A stretch of DNA of 63,108 nucleotides, the filler included, from Aduncisulcus paluster (lineage: Eukaryota): the NCBI GenBank assembly GCA_024181965.1. It is 5 parts of 5 records of this genome, joined end to end, with 100 filler letters (N's around TTAATTAATTAA, not from the genome) between each part and the next. Parts side by side here need not be neighbours in the genome. Positions count along the whole stretch, not along the records: positions 33,769 to 56,112 come from BQXS01012698.1; positions 56,213 to 60,629 come from BQXS01012709.1; 3 more parts are not named here. One strand, written 5' to 3'. Below, piece by piece: positions 45,029-56,528 of this stretch (position 1 is its first letter; the number at the start of each line of letters is the position of its first letter). The translations under genes were made by a program, and so were the position numbers. The notes under the pieces are model-generated. The model made no database searches and was not told where the DNA came from. It saw only the letters and a list, made by a program, of their open reading frames with translations.

Positions 45029-47376
45029 TCACTTCTTTCCACCCTTCTTCTTCCTATTCCTCTTCTTTTTCGTCTCACCTTCTCCAGCTGCCTTCTCAAC
45101 CATTCCAAGGCCAGGAACATAGTATTTCTCAGGTTCAACGTGACCTCCCATGGCTGCCTGGGGCTTCTTAATGGCTCCCCCAGTAGAAGGAGAGGACATT
45201 CCCATTGGATTGGGGCGACGCATGATCCCCTGACGCCTTAGAGATGGGGGGATGTAAACGCCACCACCGGAGGAGTCAAGACTGCCTATTGACGAGCCAG
45301 ATTTCTCTCCAGACTTGAGCAATTTCTTTTCCATCTTGACCTTTTTCTTTTGCTCTTCCTTGGCTAGTTTCTTCTGTTTCTTCACTCTTTTAAGGAGATA
45401 TGAAGGTAAGGCGACAGAAGGGAAAATACCTGGCGTACAAGGAAACATTTTACACATGTAAAGTGCGTCAAATGTTTCTTTATAGCATAGCTCTCCGTTT
45501 GTACGATATATCAAGAATTGGTTGTCAACTTTCATCTGATCAAAGGTCGTACAACACATCCACGTATGAGATTCGGGGGAGAACGAGTGGTTGAACGAGG
45601 CCAAAGTATTACCAGAATTCACAATTGTCATTCCATTCCGTTGCCAGATGTCCCAATTTCCCTGCAGATTACCAAAACCTCCAATCAAGAAATATTTACC
45701 ATTGGGAGCCCATACAATAGTGTTTCTTGCGGCAGTGCCAAGATCGTACACATGCTCGAAAGACCAGGCCTCGAGCAAAAGTGTGTGAGGACGAGGCATC
45801 TTACCGTATGAGATGAGCAGTTCTGGATGCTTGTTCAGAGCAGGATTGAAGGCGACAGAATGAATTGGTTCACCATGTACGAAAGATGCATCGAGATTCT
45901 CCATTGTTTTTGTCACCAAGTTCCACAACATCATACACTTCCGTGTATGGTAATAAAGCTGTTTCTTTTCCTCATCAGACACCTCAACAGTGAATGAAAG
46001 GACGACGCAGTGACCATGGGGAGCCACAAGGAAGCCAAACGTGTGAGTGAATGGGACGTTAATGACATGATGAGGAGTGAGTGAAGATGTGAGGAAATCT
46101 CCGCGCATTGAAGGAATAAGAGGATAAGGTTGGGCAGAGACAACATCAGTAACGTCAGATGAAGCCATGGCATCGGATATCAACTTGGAGAGAGCAGCCA
46201 TGGAAGGGAGAGGGAACGAAGCAGCAGAGGAAGGTCTGGATCCTTTCGGGAAAGAGGCTAACACAAGGAAGAATGGAGACGAACGCNNNNNNNNNNNNNN
46301 NNNNNNTGATGAGGAGTGAGTGAAGATGTGAGGAAATCTCCGCGCATTGAAGGAATAAGAGGATAAGGTTGGGCAGAGACAACATCAGTAACGTCAGATG
46401 AAGCCATGGCATCGGATATCAACTTGGAGAGAGCAGCCATGGAAGGGAGAGGGAACGAAGCAGCAGAGGAAGGTCTGGATCCTTTCGGGAAAGAGGCTAA
46501 CACAAGGAAGAATGGAGACGAACGCAAGATCTTCTTTCCAACAGTTTCATTGAGATGACCGGCCTGCTTGGAAGTGGAAACACGGGGTTGATCGGAAGAA
46601 GTCTCTTTCTTCGCATCCTCAGCACATGTGGGGGCATCTGCAGAGAGGGTACGGGTAAGGACAACACGATGGATACCATCACGCTTCTCTCTAATCTTTG
46701 AAAACACCTTAACTAGACCACATTCAGAGATCCCAAAGACTTGGACTGACCCAGTGTTAACAAGGCCGAAATAATTGTCTCTCCGGGGAGAAAATACGGC
46801 AAGAGAAAGTCCTTCCTTGGCTCCAATCCGTCTGAACTCGGATAAAACTTGTCTTGGGCATTCAATTGGCTTCAATTTTGGATCATCAAGGGAAGCATCC
46901 AATTCGGATGGAATTCCCTTTGGAACAAGCCAAACACTGAAATTATTGCTTTGTTTGGTTGTTTGACGTTGCAAAAATGTTACAACACGACCTTCTGGAG
47001 AAATTTGGATTTTTTCAATGTCTCCTTCACATTTCTCGGAGAGTTTGAAGGTAGTCACGCGAGTCATAGGAGGGGCGGGATCAAAACGAACTTTAGTATA
47101 TGGTTTTAAGATCGTAAAATCCACGACTGTAATTTCTTTGGTGGAGGGATCAGAAATAAATACTAGCCTTGATCCATCCTTTGATATTTCAGCCTTCTCA
47201 ACAATGCATTTATCGAAGCTGTAATCGACATGATAACCACTTTTTTTGTACTCTTCGATGACTTCATCAGGAAATTCCTTGGGGCCATCGGGAGGAAGGT
47301 AATTAGAGATTACTTTGAGGCCTTTCTTGGCTGAAACAAGCAATCTTGCTGGAGTTTGTCCAAAATACAGACTCAT
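45029..47376 (-). CDS. EIF2A: Translation initiation factor eIF2A (WD40); appears as two ORFs because of the gap 46287-46306 and a duplicated overlap
   Basis: YGKMP, RNTIVWAPNGKYFLIGGFGNLQG, TT..MKVDN and YIPPSLRR are eIF2A motifs. ~46067-46286 duplicates 46307-46526. Confidence 0.9.
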
Positions 47377-47637
47377 CACTTCGAAACCGGCTCAAAACAG
47401 ACAATTCATTCAGATTCATTCATTTTCATTAGGCACGGAGGAAATTTATTCATAATATTCATTTATATAGGATTAATAAACTATTTCTCTTTTTTAAAAT
47501 TGATTTTACTCCTTTTTTCAGAAGATACAAAATTTCAATCAATTGTCGATAAGATAGCGATTAAATATATCTCGTTACATTTATTATTTTATGAAAACGA
47601 GTGAATTCCAATAAAACTGAGCATATAGATGAAATTA

Positions 47638-48990
47638 TTACAGATCTTCCTTCTCCAATGAAGCAAGAACCAATTGAACGACAATAGAGGATGAGATTGT
47701 GTCACCGAGTCCCACAGTGCTGGAAATACGAGACATCATACCAACATGATACATAACAGATTCATATTCACGTTCAGAGCATCCCTTCTTAATGAAATCA
47801 TCAAGGGTCTTTTCATTGAATTCAAATGTCTTATGAGCAATTTCAAACTTACCATCAGCGGGTTTTCTAGTACTGATTAACACATTTTCAGCCTTTTTGA
47901 ACCCATCCATGACGTGTTGAGGCTTGAATGCCACCTTAACATCCTTAGGGGCAAGGGACATGTAACAACCAATGGTGTGGAAAAGAATGGTGCTGTTGAG
48001 ACCCATAGCATGGTGCCATTTAGCCATAAGAGTTGGGAATGGCATTGAATCGAACTCAGAACTGTCACCCATAGTAGCTTTGGCGAACATGACCAATTCA
48101 ACCTCATTAAGACCGACAGACTGGGCAAATGGTAAGATAGATTTAAGGATAAACTCCCTGACAACGTCGTCACTGGTGAAAGCAAGCTCGAAGTGGACCC
48201 ATCCACTCTGAGCAGCGAGATCTTTCATGATGGTGGTGTGTTTGTCCTTAAATTCATCAGTGAGAATATCTCCAGTAAGAAGATGGTATCCAGAGAGAAG
48301 AACCATCCAAGTCTTGTCGATAAGGGTCTTGTAACCGGAGGTAAAGAATTCGTCGAGAATAAGGCTACTGTTGATGGGGTCATATGTAAAAATAAATCTG
48401 TTGGCCCTGGAAGTGGTGATTTCACCTTCTCCAAAACGGGATTTGACGGTCAAACCGGTAGGATACTCAGCAACAATGTGGATAGGGGCGCTCTGAGCAG
48501 GGTTGGGTTCAACGGAAGAAAGAGCCAGCAAAATGGGTTCAGAAGCCTCGTTTTTCTCAAAAACAAGAGCTTCGGGCATGATTTTCTTCATAAATTCTAG
48601 GAAGAAAGGAGCACGAGAAGGGAGATGTAAAACAGGTACAACCTGCTTTGAGAATGTATTAACCAAATTCTGGAAGAAGAATCCTTCTTGTCCACCAAGG
48701 ACATATTCGGGGTCTTCGAAGCTAGCGAGCATGTCATCAACAAGTTTAGAAGAAACCAATTTTTCACAAGCGGAAGATTTTTCCACGTAATTTTCAAAAG
48801 TTCTAGCCAATTCTTCTGATTCTTTCATAAGAAGGTCCATTACCATTTCATAATCTTCAGCGGACCTAATAAACAACTTGGCATCGATGTTGACATTGTA
48901 ACCAGCAAATACTTTTACCTTTTCTGCAGTGGCGAGCATCATGAAACAAGACAATATTACGAATACGAGAAATCGAGAGGAAAGAAACAT
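47638..48990 (-). CDS. ADPGK: ADP-dependent glucokinase/phosphofructokinase family (ribokinase fold) with N-terminal signal peptide
   Basis: GYNVNIDA, LGGQ, RANRFIF, LLSGYHLL, VHFELA, SVGLNEVEL, FHT and STVGLGDTISS (catalytic GxGD); hydrophobic N-terminus. Confidence 0.9.
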   Translation of the reverse strand: MFLSSRFLVFVILSCFMMLATAEKVKVFAGYNVNIDAKLFIRSAEDYEMVMDLLMKESEELARTFENYVEKSSACEKLVSSKLVDDMLASFEDPEYVLGGQEGFFFQNLVNTFSKQVVPVLHLPSRAPFFLEFMKKIMPEALVFEKNEASEPILLALSSVEPNPAQSAPIHIVAEYPTGLTVKSRFGEGEITTSRANRFIFTYDPINSSLILDEFFTSGYKTLIDKTWMVLLSGYHLLTGDILTDEFKDKHTTIMKDLAAQSGWVHFELAFTSDDVVREFILKSILPFAQSVGLNEVELVMFAKATMGDSSEFDSMPFPTLMAKWHHAMGLNSTILFHTIGCYMSLAPKDVKVAFKPQHVMDGFKKAENVLISTRKPADGKFEIAHKTFEFNEKTLDDFIKKGCSEREYESVMYHVGMMSRISSTVGLGDTISSSIVVQLVLASLEKEDL

Positions 48991-49538
48991 TATAAATTGT
49001 CAGAAAGGAAAGTGGCAAAAATGGCAGCGTCTAAAAATAGAGAACATTCATGATCATCTGCCGGATATTAGACATCCAGAAAAAATTAAACGGCAAATTC
49101 AGTTTTAAAATTCATATTTATTTTTGAAATTTTGATCCATTTGTTCTCAACTTGCCGATCAAGAGGTAGGATAAAAAATCGACATTGTTGGCTACATTTA
49201 ACTGAATACAAACCAAAAATGCGTAGTAATCCATTAACAAGCTTCATTTAGCATTATTTTGAAATTTATTATGAAAAAAAAAATAACTATTGAAGTGAGG
49301 TGTCACGACAAACGTCTCATCCCTTTTTACATTGATTTTGAAGCATGATGGATATGTTTCACAGAAAATACCAAAATATATTATTAACTAGAATTCATTT
49401 CTGAAAAGTTTGACGGAGATTTTGCTGGTTTCTCTCTTTTCCACTAATCTTTCTTTTCCTATCTTCTTTCAAATCGATAGATCCTTCTTTTCGTTGTGTT
49501 TTTTATTAAACAAACCCAATTTTATATATTAATATCAT

Positions 49539-50376
49539 ATGCCTCAAAGTTTACTCGAAATAGTTCAATGTATGTGAGTTTGATCCCGATTTGTTATAGA
49601 TGTTTTTTCAAGCCCTATTTTTGAATCTCTCATGATTTTTTATTGCATATTTTAGCCTTTCAATTCCAAATTAATCAATATTGTGATGAATTAGCCAAGG
49701 AATTCCAGAAAGTTGATGAATCAACTGCTTCAATCCAAAAACATTTAGAAGAGAAAGAAAAAACCCTTGAATATGAAGTATCTATGTTTTCAAAATTGAA
49801 ACAAAAATTTTCAGAACAAGTCCAAGCCTTTTTAAGCGTGTTAGGTCCAGTATTTACTCAAGAAATCCCCCAATCTTCTTTGNNNNNNNNNNNNNNNNNN
49901 NNTTGATCCCGATTTGTTATAGATGTTTTTTCAAGCCCTATTTTTGAATCTCTCATGATTTTTTATTGCATATTTTAGCCTTTCAATTCCAAATTAATCA
50001 ATATTGTGATGAATTAGCCAAGGAATTCCAGAAAGTTGATGAATCAACTGCTTCAATCCAAAAACATTTAGAAGAGAAAGAAAAAACCCTTGAATATGAA
50101 GTATCTATGTTTTCAAAATTGAAACAAAAATTTTCAGAACAAGTCCAAGCCTTTTTAAGCGTGTTAGGTCCAGTATTTACTCAAGAAATCCCCCAATCTT
50201 CTTTGACGCCATCATCTCCATTTTCTCAGCCGACTGTTGATGGAGAAGATGGAGAAGAAGAGAGTGGCGATGAAAAATCGAAGGATGAAGATGATGAGGA
50301 GGAAGAAGAAGGTGAAGAGGGAAGTAACGATGAGGAAGGAGATAAGGATGAGCAACAAAGCTATTCTGATGAATGA
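49539..50376 (+). CDS. Small coiled-coil protein with acidic tail; 86-nt intron at 49570-49655; internal gap overlap (49580-49882 duplicated at 49903-50205)
   Basis: ATG CCT...CAA T|GTATGT...TTTAG|CC TTT joins MPQSLLEIVQ to SFQFQINQY in frame; heptad pattern; D/E-rich end. Confidence 0.75.
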
Positions 50377-50848
50377 AGGAAATAAGAGACAAATTATAAT
50401 CATTTTATGACAATATTGTTGAAATTATTAAGCTTAATATCCTCCTGAATCTTCTCAAACCAAATGGAGAAATGTCCAGTCTTTTCTTCAATATTATATC
50501 ATTTTTCCAACTTCAAAACCCTCTTTTTATATTATATACAGTGTTTTACTATGGTAATTTTGTAGTTTTATACTCCAATACACCACGATTTTTGTTGGAG
50601 ATATTTTGATACCATTCATAAGTTGGTATTTCGTCTCTATAAACCGAATAAAAATTTTAATGAATAATTCATGGATCATTAATAAAAGATAATTCATTAA
50701 GGTGAATCTAATGACTCAATTTATTATGATTCTAAAAGAAAGTTAGTTCACACACATTTCATGCATCTTAGCAAACACATGGCATATTATAAACTGAATA
50801 CAAGAATATTTCATAATAATAATAAGGAAATGACAAAAAACAGAGAAT

Positions 50849-51190
50849 CTACTTCTTAGATTTCTTCCCATCCTTCTTTGAGGTAGAAAGTTTCTGTGCA
50901 AGTTCAGCAGCTTCTTTTGCAACCTCTAATTCGTGTTTTTTGGCCTCAGCTTTCTTTAATTCTTCCAATCTATGTCTTTCTTTAAGTTCAGCTATTTCAC
51001 GTGCTTTTTCTTCAAGTTCTCTTCTTCTATTCATATTTTCACCATGTTTTAATAAATATTTACCAATAAATTCAATAGGATTATCAGGTTTACGCATCAT
51101 AGCTTCAGAAATTGCAAGAGCAAGCACATCTCCAATTTCTTCCTTTAAAAATTCGATGTCAACATCATCGCTAGCACCAAAAAAGTCCAT
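50849..51190 (-). CDS. DPY-30 domain protein with coiled-coil tail (DYDC-like)
   Basis: DIEFLKEEIGDVLALAISEAMMRKPDNPIEFIGKYLLK matches the Dpy-30 consensus L..GL......[KR]PxDPI.[FY]L..[YW]LL. Confidence 0.85.
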   Translation of the reverse strand: MDFFGASDDVDIEFLKEEIGDVLALAISEAMMRKPDNPIEFIGKYLLKHGENMNRRRELEEKAREIAELKERHRLEELKKAEAKKHELEVAKEAAELAQKLSTSKKDGKKSKK

Positions 51191-51312
51191 TTTTATGGTT
51201 TAAATCTTGATTGTGTAAACAAAACCAAACGAAGAAAACAATTCTAGATTTGATGCCATTATATGTGATTGAACAGGTATCAAAGTTTTTAAGTTCTCTA
51301 ATTCGTGTTAAA

Positions 51313-54300
51313 ATGTTCCCATTTTACTTTTTTTCATTCTTATTTCTATGTTATATTCATATTTCGTCATGTATATCGAGTGATTTTATTAATATCGCTA
51401 CCACGATGACTAGTTCAGTTTCAAATGTAACAGATATGTTCACAGATTATGGTAATGCAGATAGTTTTCAAACATTGGTTGAACAACTTGAAAATAGTTC
51501 ACTTTCTGGTGAACGAGATCTTGAATTCATTGTCTCTCAAACAAGTTTAATTATAGATGATATTCTTGAAAAAAGTATAGGTCATTTACAAAGTATATAT
51601 GAATCCGTTATTGATGATTCAGAAGACACGTCAACAGAATCTATGGTTCCAGGTCGATTTCCTCTTGATGAAGACGATAATAATGAATATTCATCATATA
51701 TCGACAATCAAATAATTAATAAGGAATATGTTGGTGTGTTTTATCCAGATTTTTTTGGATCAACTGAAAAGTCTACGTATTCAACAATTTCGACAAGTAT
51801 TGCCTCCTCTCTAAAGAATTCAATTGCCAATTCGGCTGATAATGAAATTGATATATACGATTCTACAATAATTAATCATTCTGATGGATCATCTACCGTT
51901 CCTAACCCTAATACCGGATATCTTCCAATATTAACCTCATCCATCACATATGTGGAAGGTTACCAGGCATATTCTCCATTGTTTCACTGGTTAGACCAGA
52001 ACTTATCGATAGAAGTCAGTGCCAGAGCTTCTTACGATCCGAGGGCTTCCAATTTCTTTAAGTCTGGCCTCAGCAATGGTGTTCGGAGAGGCTTTGTTAT
52101 TTTTATTGATACTAAAATGGATAAAATGATTCAAACCATATTTTCCAATGACAATGATATTATTGGNNNNNNNNNNNNNNNNNNNNTAACCTCATCCATC
52201 ACATATGTGGAAGGTTACCAGGCATATTCTCCATTGTTTCACTGGTTAGACCAGAACTTATCGATAGAAGTCAGTGCCAGAGCTTCTTACGATCCGAGGG
52301 CTTCCAATTTCTTTAAGTCTGGCCTCAGCAATGGTGTTCGGAGAGGCTTTGTTATTTTTATTGATACTAAAATGGATAAAATGATTCAAACCATCTTTTC
52401 CAATGACAATGATATTATTGGGTACGCAAAGAAGGCCATCCGTGATTTTGTCCGTCTTGTGTTGTCAATGCTCACAACCAACGACTGGGTTTCCATAGTT
52501 TCCTCGGACAATGCTTTTTCCTCAGCCGTCCAAACAGCTCCATCGACGACCGCTTGTAAGGATAAAGGTTTGTTCAGAGTCACCGAGAACCGGTTGCGTC
52601 TATTATTAGAACAGGTAGACGAATATATAGATTCGATAAACGATTTGACAGTGTTACAGGAAATCCCAGAGTCATATTTCACCCATAAGGCCGCAATGAT
52701 GGAAAGAACTCGGTTCTCATTGTTAAAACAGAGTGTGGAACTTCTTCAGGGAGCTGTCACACCGAATCTATTTTTAGATGAAGTGATCGAGGAACGAATG
52801 GAAAATTTTATGTGCTTCTCTCAGAAACAAGAAAATCTGAATTCAAACCGACCCCTTCCTGCTGGAAGTCCGCTCTATGTTCTATATTTAGGTTTTGGTT
52901 CTTTTTTGAGTAACTCTGTAATATACGAATATCAACAGTTATTTCAGTCCCAAGAAGCATATTCGACCGTCACACCATTCTTTTTCCGACTTGCATTTGA
53001 ACAATATTTGACCTCTGGTTCTTTCGATTCCATTCTATCAACCTCGAGCCACCATCACTGGCAAAAATTAGCCGTGGATTCAAATGGTCTTTATTATGTT
53101 CTAGATCTCAAGAGCTACATTGATCGAGCTCAGCATCTCAACGAGGAGGAGGAAGCTGAGAAAGAAGAGATTTCGATCACGCGAATGGTGTATAATCAAG
53201 CAAATAAGATATTGCAACCTTTAGAGCGAGCAATGGAACAATTTTTTTATATTCATATTCGAGAATTAACACACCAGGCCCAATTGTTCACCTCTGTAAC
53301 TGAAACATCAAATATTTTGGGGCTTAGAGTGTTATCTTTTCTCACACCGTTTCCAAAAATAGATTCAAATGGCGTGGAACGTTTTGCAGGCGTTGTCCAG
53401 GTCGATGTGGATTCTAGCTTTTTAAGCCACAATATCTTCGATTTTGATTCTGTTGGTTTCTCTGATTATTCCGGCTTAATGTTTTTCGATTCCGAGCAAT
53501 CCTTAATCACTCACTTTGCTCTTTCTGATTACGAGTCAATCATTGATCTAAATACGTTAGAAATATTTCAAACCTCAGACACTGAATTTTATTCGGCTAT
53601 TCTTGATCAAGCGTACAAATATAAACGTCGGTTTGGAATATACAACGTTCCATTCCTCATGTACTCTAACTCTTTCTCATTTACTTCTATGAACATGAAA
53701 TATCGCTGGAAAATGTCATCTTCCTCATCATTTTTGACTGTTATAAGAGTTAACGAAGCTGACTGGTACGAATTCACCACTTCAAATCTCTCTGAGTGCA
53801 TATTTAAGGATCAATCTGCGACACCGATATCTGAATTAGATGCGTGTGTGGATATTTCCAGCTCTGATATTATTTTTGGACAAATTGGAACTGGTTTGAC
53901 TGATTCTGAGAAGCTTAATTTGGGTTTGATGACCGTTACAGGCGATGAAGTTCGGACCGCTGCATATTTTCCCGATCGAGTGCTTGTCACCATTCCCGTT
54001 GAGGGGTGGAATGTTAACATTGTCGAAGAATTTTTATCGGGTTCATTGACGGCAGAAAACATCACCTATGATTTTATTATCGAAGCCACCTCTCAGCTTG
54101 CAACAATTGAGTATATTACTTCATCCACTGATGCTGATACCGATTCTCTCTTCATTGATCCTAAATATATACAAGATTCGGCTATAATTAGCATGGTCGA
54201 CACAACTTTGTTGAGTGGATATTGGACTGGGGAAGACGATAGTGGAGACACCAGCCCTTTCTTTGAAGACATTATAAGTTGGGCAATTGGATCTACAACG

Positions 54301-55383
54301 GGAATCATACATTCATATCCGTCTGGGCCAATAGGATTAGGTTACACATGCCTCACAAGACCCTGGTTCATTGCTTCATTAACAAGCAACGTTTTATATT
54401 CGTTTAGCCAGCCTCTTTACCATGCTGGCCTTGGATCTGATATGATAACCATCAACAGACCGATATATACGGGGTCAAAGCCTAACTATGTGTTCTCCTT
54501 GGCAGTTCGGGAGGCATTGTTCAGAGAGACCTTTTGGGCTAGCGATTGGTTTAAGAATGGTTCAAACCTCAAGGTCGCTTATTTATTGGATTCGAGTGGA
54601 TTCGTCATTGTTAGTAGTCGAGTTGAAGATGAGGAGCCGTTAATGCAGGCCATTTCTGACGTGTCTCCGTTGTATATTGGTGAACTAAGTCCTGTTATTC
54701 TCAATTTCCTTCTGTCTTCCGGCATTCTTGAACAAATATCTGCTCTAAACACGGATACATTGGTGGAAGAAGTTGGATATTTTGCTAATTTTGATGCTCT
54801 AACTCTCGAATATATCATAGTTCTCGGCGATCAATCCAAGCAAATTAGTTTTACAACAGGATCGTTTGACCAGGAATGTACCGGAGTCGTGAGCAGTGGG
54901 GATGAAATAATGGTAATCAATTTCCCAGATACTAATCTCCTTGGTCTTGCCATCACATCGTATCCCACCTCAGACTCTTGCTCTTTCGTTGATCTTGGGG
55001 ACAATGTCACCGAAATAGGAGAAGATTTATGTAGTGACGATAACGTTCCTTCGATTCAATTCATTTCTCCATGGTTCGTTCGAGGAGATTCCACAGGAGT
55101 TGATGCCTCATCGCCCGATAATATTGAGAGAAAAGAACATTTCCGGCATTCTGTTGTCAAAGCAATGGAGATTATATTCTCAATTGTCGATGTATCTGAT
55201 CTCTCCGTTGGAATTATTGATAAATATACCACGCTTCAAGAACCTTCCGTAATTATCGTTTCGTTGATAGTCACCATAATAATCCTTTTGATAATGACAA
55301 TATCTCTAATCGTTCTTGCCAGGAGCTGGGGATCTTCCGCAAGAAGATTAAGAAATCGGATCAGAAATGAAAATAAATTTTAA
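51313..55383 (+). CDS. alpha2delta/CACHD1-like membrane protein (signal peptide, dCache - VWA - dCache, C-terminal TM); ~51932-52166 is duplicated after the gap 52167-52186
   Basis: Signal MFPFYFFSFLFLCYIHISSC; YDPRASNFF; VIFIDTK...VLSMLTTNDWVSIV (VWA); FAGVVQVDV; GIIHSYPS...YTCLTRPWF; YLLDSSGFVI; TM near the end. Confidence 0.8.
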   Translation: MFPFYFFSFLFLCYIHISSCISSDFINIATTMTSSVSNVTDMFTDYGNADSFQTLVEQLENSSLSGERDLEFIVSQTSLIIDDILEKSIGHLQSIYESVIDDSEDTSTESMVPGRFPLDEDDNNEYSSYIDNQIINKEYVGVFYPDFFGSTEKSTYSTISTSIASSLKNSIANSADNEIDIYDSTIINHSDGSSTVPNPNTGYLPILTSSITYVEGYQAYSPLFHWLDQNLSIEVSARASYDPRASNFFKSGLSNGVRRGFVIFIDTKMDKMIQTIFSNDNDIIXXXXXXXXTSSITYVEGYQAYSPLFHWLDQNLSIEVSARASYDPRASNFFKSGLSNGVRRGFVIFIDTKMDKMIQTIFSNDNDIIGYAKKAIRDFVRLVLSMLTTNDWVSIVSSDNAFSSAVQTAPSTTACKDKGLFRVTENRLRLLLEQVDEYIDSINDLTVLQEIPESYFTHKAAMMERTRFSLLKQSVELLQGAVTPNLFLDEVIEERMENFMCFSQKQENLNSNRPLPAGSPLYVLYLGFGSFLSNSVIYEYQQLFQSQEAYSTVTPFFFRLAFEQYLTSGSFDSILSTSSHHHWQKLAVDSNGLYYVLDLKSYIDRAQHLNEEEEAEKEEISITRMVYNQANKILQPLERAMEQFFYIHIRELTHQAQLFTSVTETSNILGLRVLSFLTPFPKIDSNGVERFAGVVQVDVDSSFLSHNIFDFDSVGFSDYSGLMFFDSEQSLITHFALSDYESIIDLNTLEIFQTSDTEFYSAILDQAYKYKRRFGIYNVPFLMYSNSFSFTSMNMKYRWKMSSSSSFLTVIRVNEADWYEFTTSNLSECIFKDQSATPISELDACVDISSSDIIFGQIGTGLTDSEKLNLGLMTVTGDEVRTAAYFPDRVLVTIPVEGWNVNIVEEFLSGSLTAENITYDFIIEATSQLATIEYITSSTDADTDSLFIDPKYIQDSAIISMVDTTLLSGYWTGEDDSGDTSPFFEDIISWAIGSTTGIIHSYPSGPIGLGYTCLTRPWFIASLTSNVLYSFSQPLYHAGLGSDMITINRPIYTGSKPNYVFSLAVREALFRETFWASDWFKNGSNLKVAYLLDSSGFVIVSSRVEDEEPLMQAISDVSPLYIGELSPVILNFLLSSGILEQISALNTDTLVEEVGYFANFDALTLEYIIVLGDQSKQISFTTGSFDQECTGVVSSGDEIMVINFPDTNLLGLAITSYPTSDSCSFVDLGDNVTEIGEDLCSDDNVPSIQFISPWFVRGDSTGVDASSPDNIERKEHFRHSVVKAMEIIFSIVDVSDLSVGIIDKYTTLQEPSVIIVSLIVTIIILLIMTISLIVLARSWGSSARRLRNRIRNENKF

Positions 55384-55520
55384 TATTGAAAAATATTCGA
55401 TCTAGCAACTAGATATTTAAAATCCAAATTGATCAGAAAAAAAATGAACCTTCTTCAGGAATTTCCAGGTAAGAAAGTGTGAAGAAACGATTCCAGAGAG
55501 AAACGGGAATAGAAGACAAT

Positions 55521-56112
55521 ATCACCAATGATTCGAACAAGAAGTTGTGATCTAACTTGTTAATTCCTTTCGAAGACATCTTGGTAAGGAATTAAAAGCG
55601 AAAGAAAAACAAAAAATAAACAAATAATAAACAAATAATAAACTGAATTAGTTTTTATCAATCGAGCAGAGAGCAGAGAAGAGTGAGAACGATTTGAGAA
55701 GCAAAGAAAACCAGAAGAATAGCTTCTCTGCCAAGAAGTCGATGATATATTCACAATATTCATGGATTTCAACTGCAACTTATCAGCATATTTTGTCACC
55801 TTATAATCCACTATGTAAACAAATGTCGAAGTTATGAAACGATTTCGTGCCAGGAGTGGACTCACAAGGATGGCATGCAATATATGATAGAAAGAAAAAT
55901 GATCACATAAATTTATTTATATATTGTATGATATTGCTTCCTGAGGTTGTCATTCGCGACTTTGTGTTTTCGTCTTCTGCTTTTCCTTCGTTGCAAGCAA
56001 TTCAAGATTTACTGTATGTCATATATTTCATTAAATGCGCATTAAGACATATTTTATGCAATGTCGTGCAATTATATTCACTGTATTGTTATTAAATTTT
56101 TGTTTTAATTTT
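55521..56112 (+). repeat. Cassette copy C (upstream segment only, cut by linker)
   Basis: Matches ~5402-5970 and the reverse complement of ~37340-37921. Confidence 0.9.
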
Positions 56113-56212
56113 NNNNNNNNNNNNNNNNNNNNNNNNNNNNNNNNNNNNNNNNNNNNTTAATTAATTAANNNNNNNNNNNNNNNNNNNNNNNNNNNNNNNN
56201 NNNNNNNNNNNN

Positions 56213-56528
56213 ACGTGATGCCGTTGGACTTAAGGATGTTGAGGTTGGTACTGGTGGTGTTGGAACTGGCGTTGGAACTGGTAGTGGAACTGGTACTAGT
56301 ATGGCCACCACACCCAAGGTTTTAGGCGTTCCCATTGAGAGTCCCAGCGATGCTGTGTCTGTTCCAAAGCTCCCTCTTGATGGGATTTCACTTCCACCAA
56401 TTCCATCGATTGCTGGACTTCCCACCGCTCCTATGGTTTCGAAACCCAAGAAGAAGCATAAGAAGAAGAGTTCGTCCATTTCCCCACGCAAATCGAAGAA
56501 GACATTGAATCTCGGCGTGAAGAAATGA
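56213..56528 (+). CDS. 3' end of an unknown low-complexity protein (G/T/P-rich then K-rich), truncated by linker
   Basis: Frame is open from the gap through RDAVGLKDVEVGTGG...LNLGVKK to TGA, followed by an AT-rich 3' region. Confidence 0.6.
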
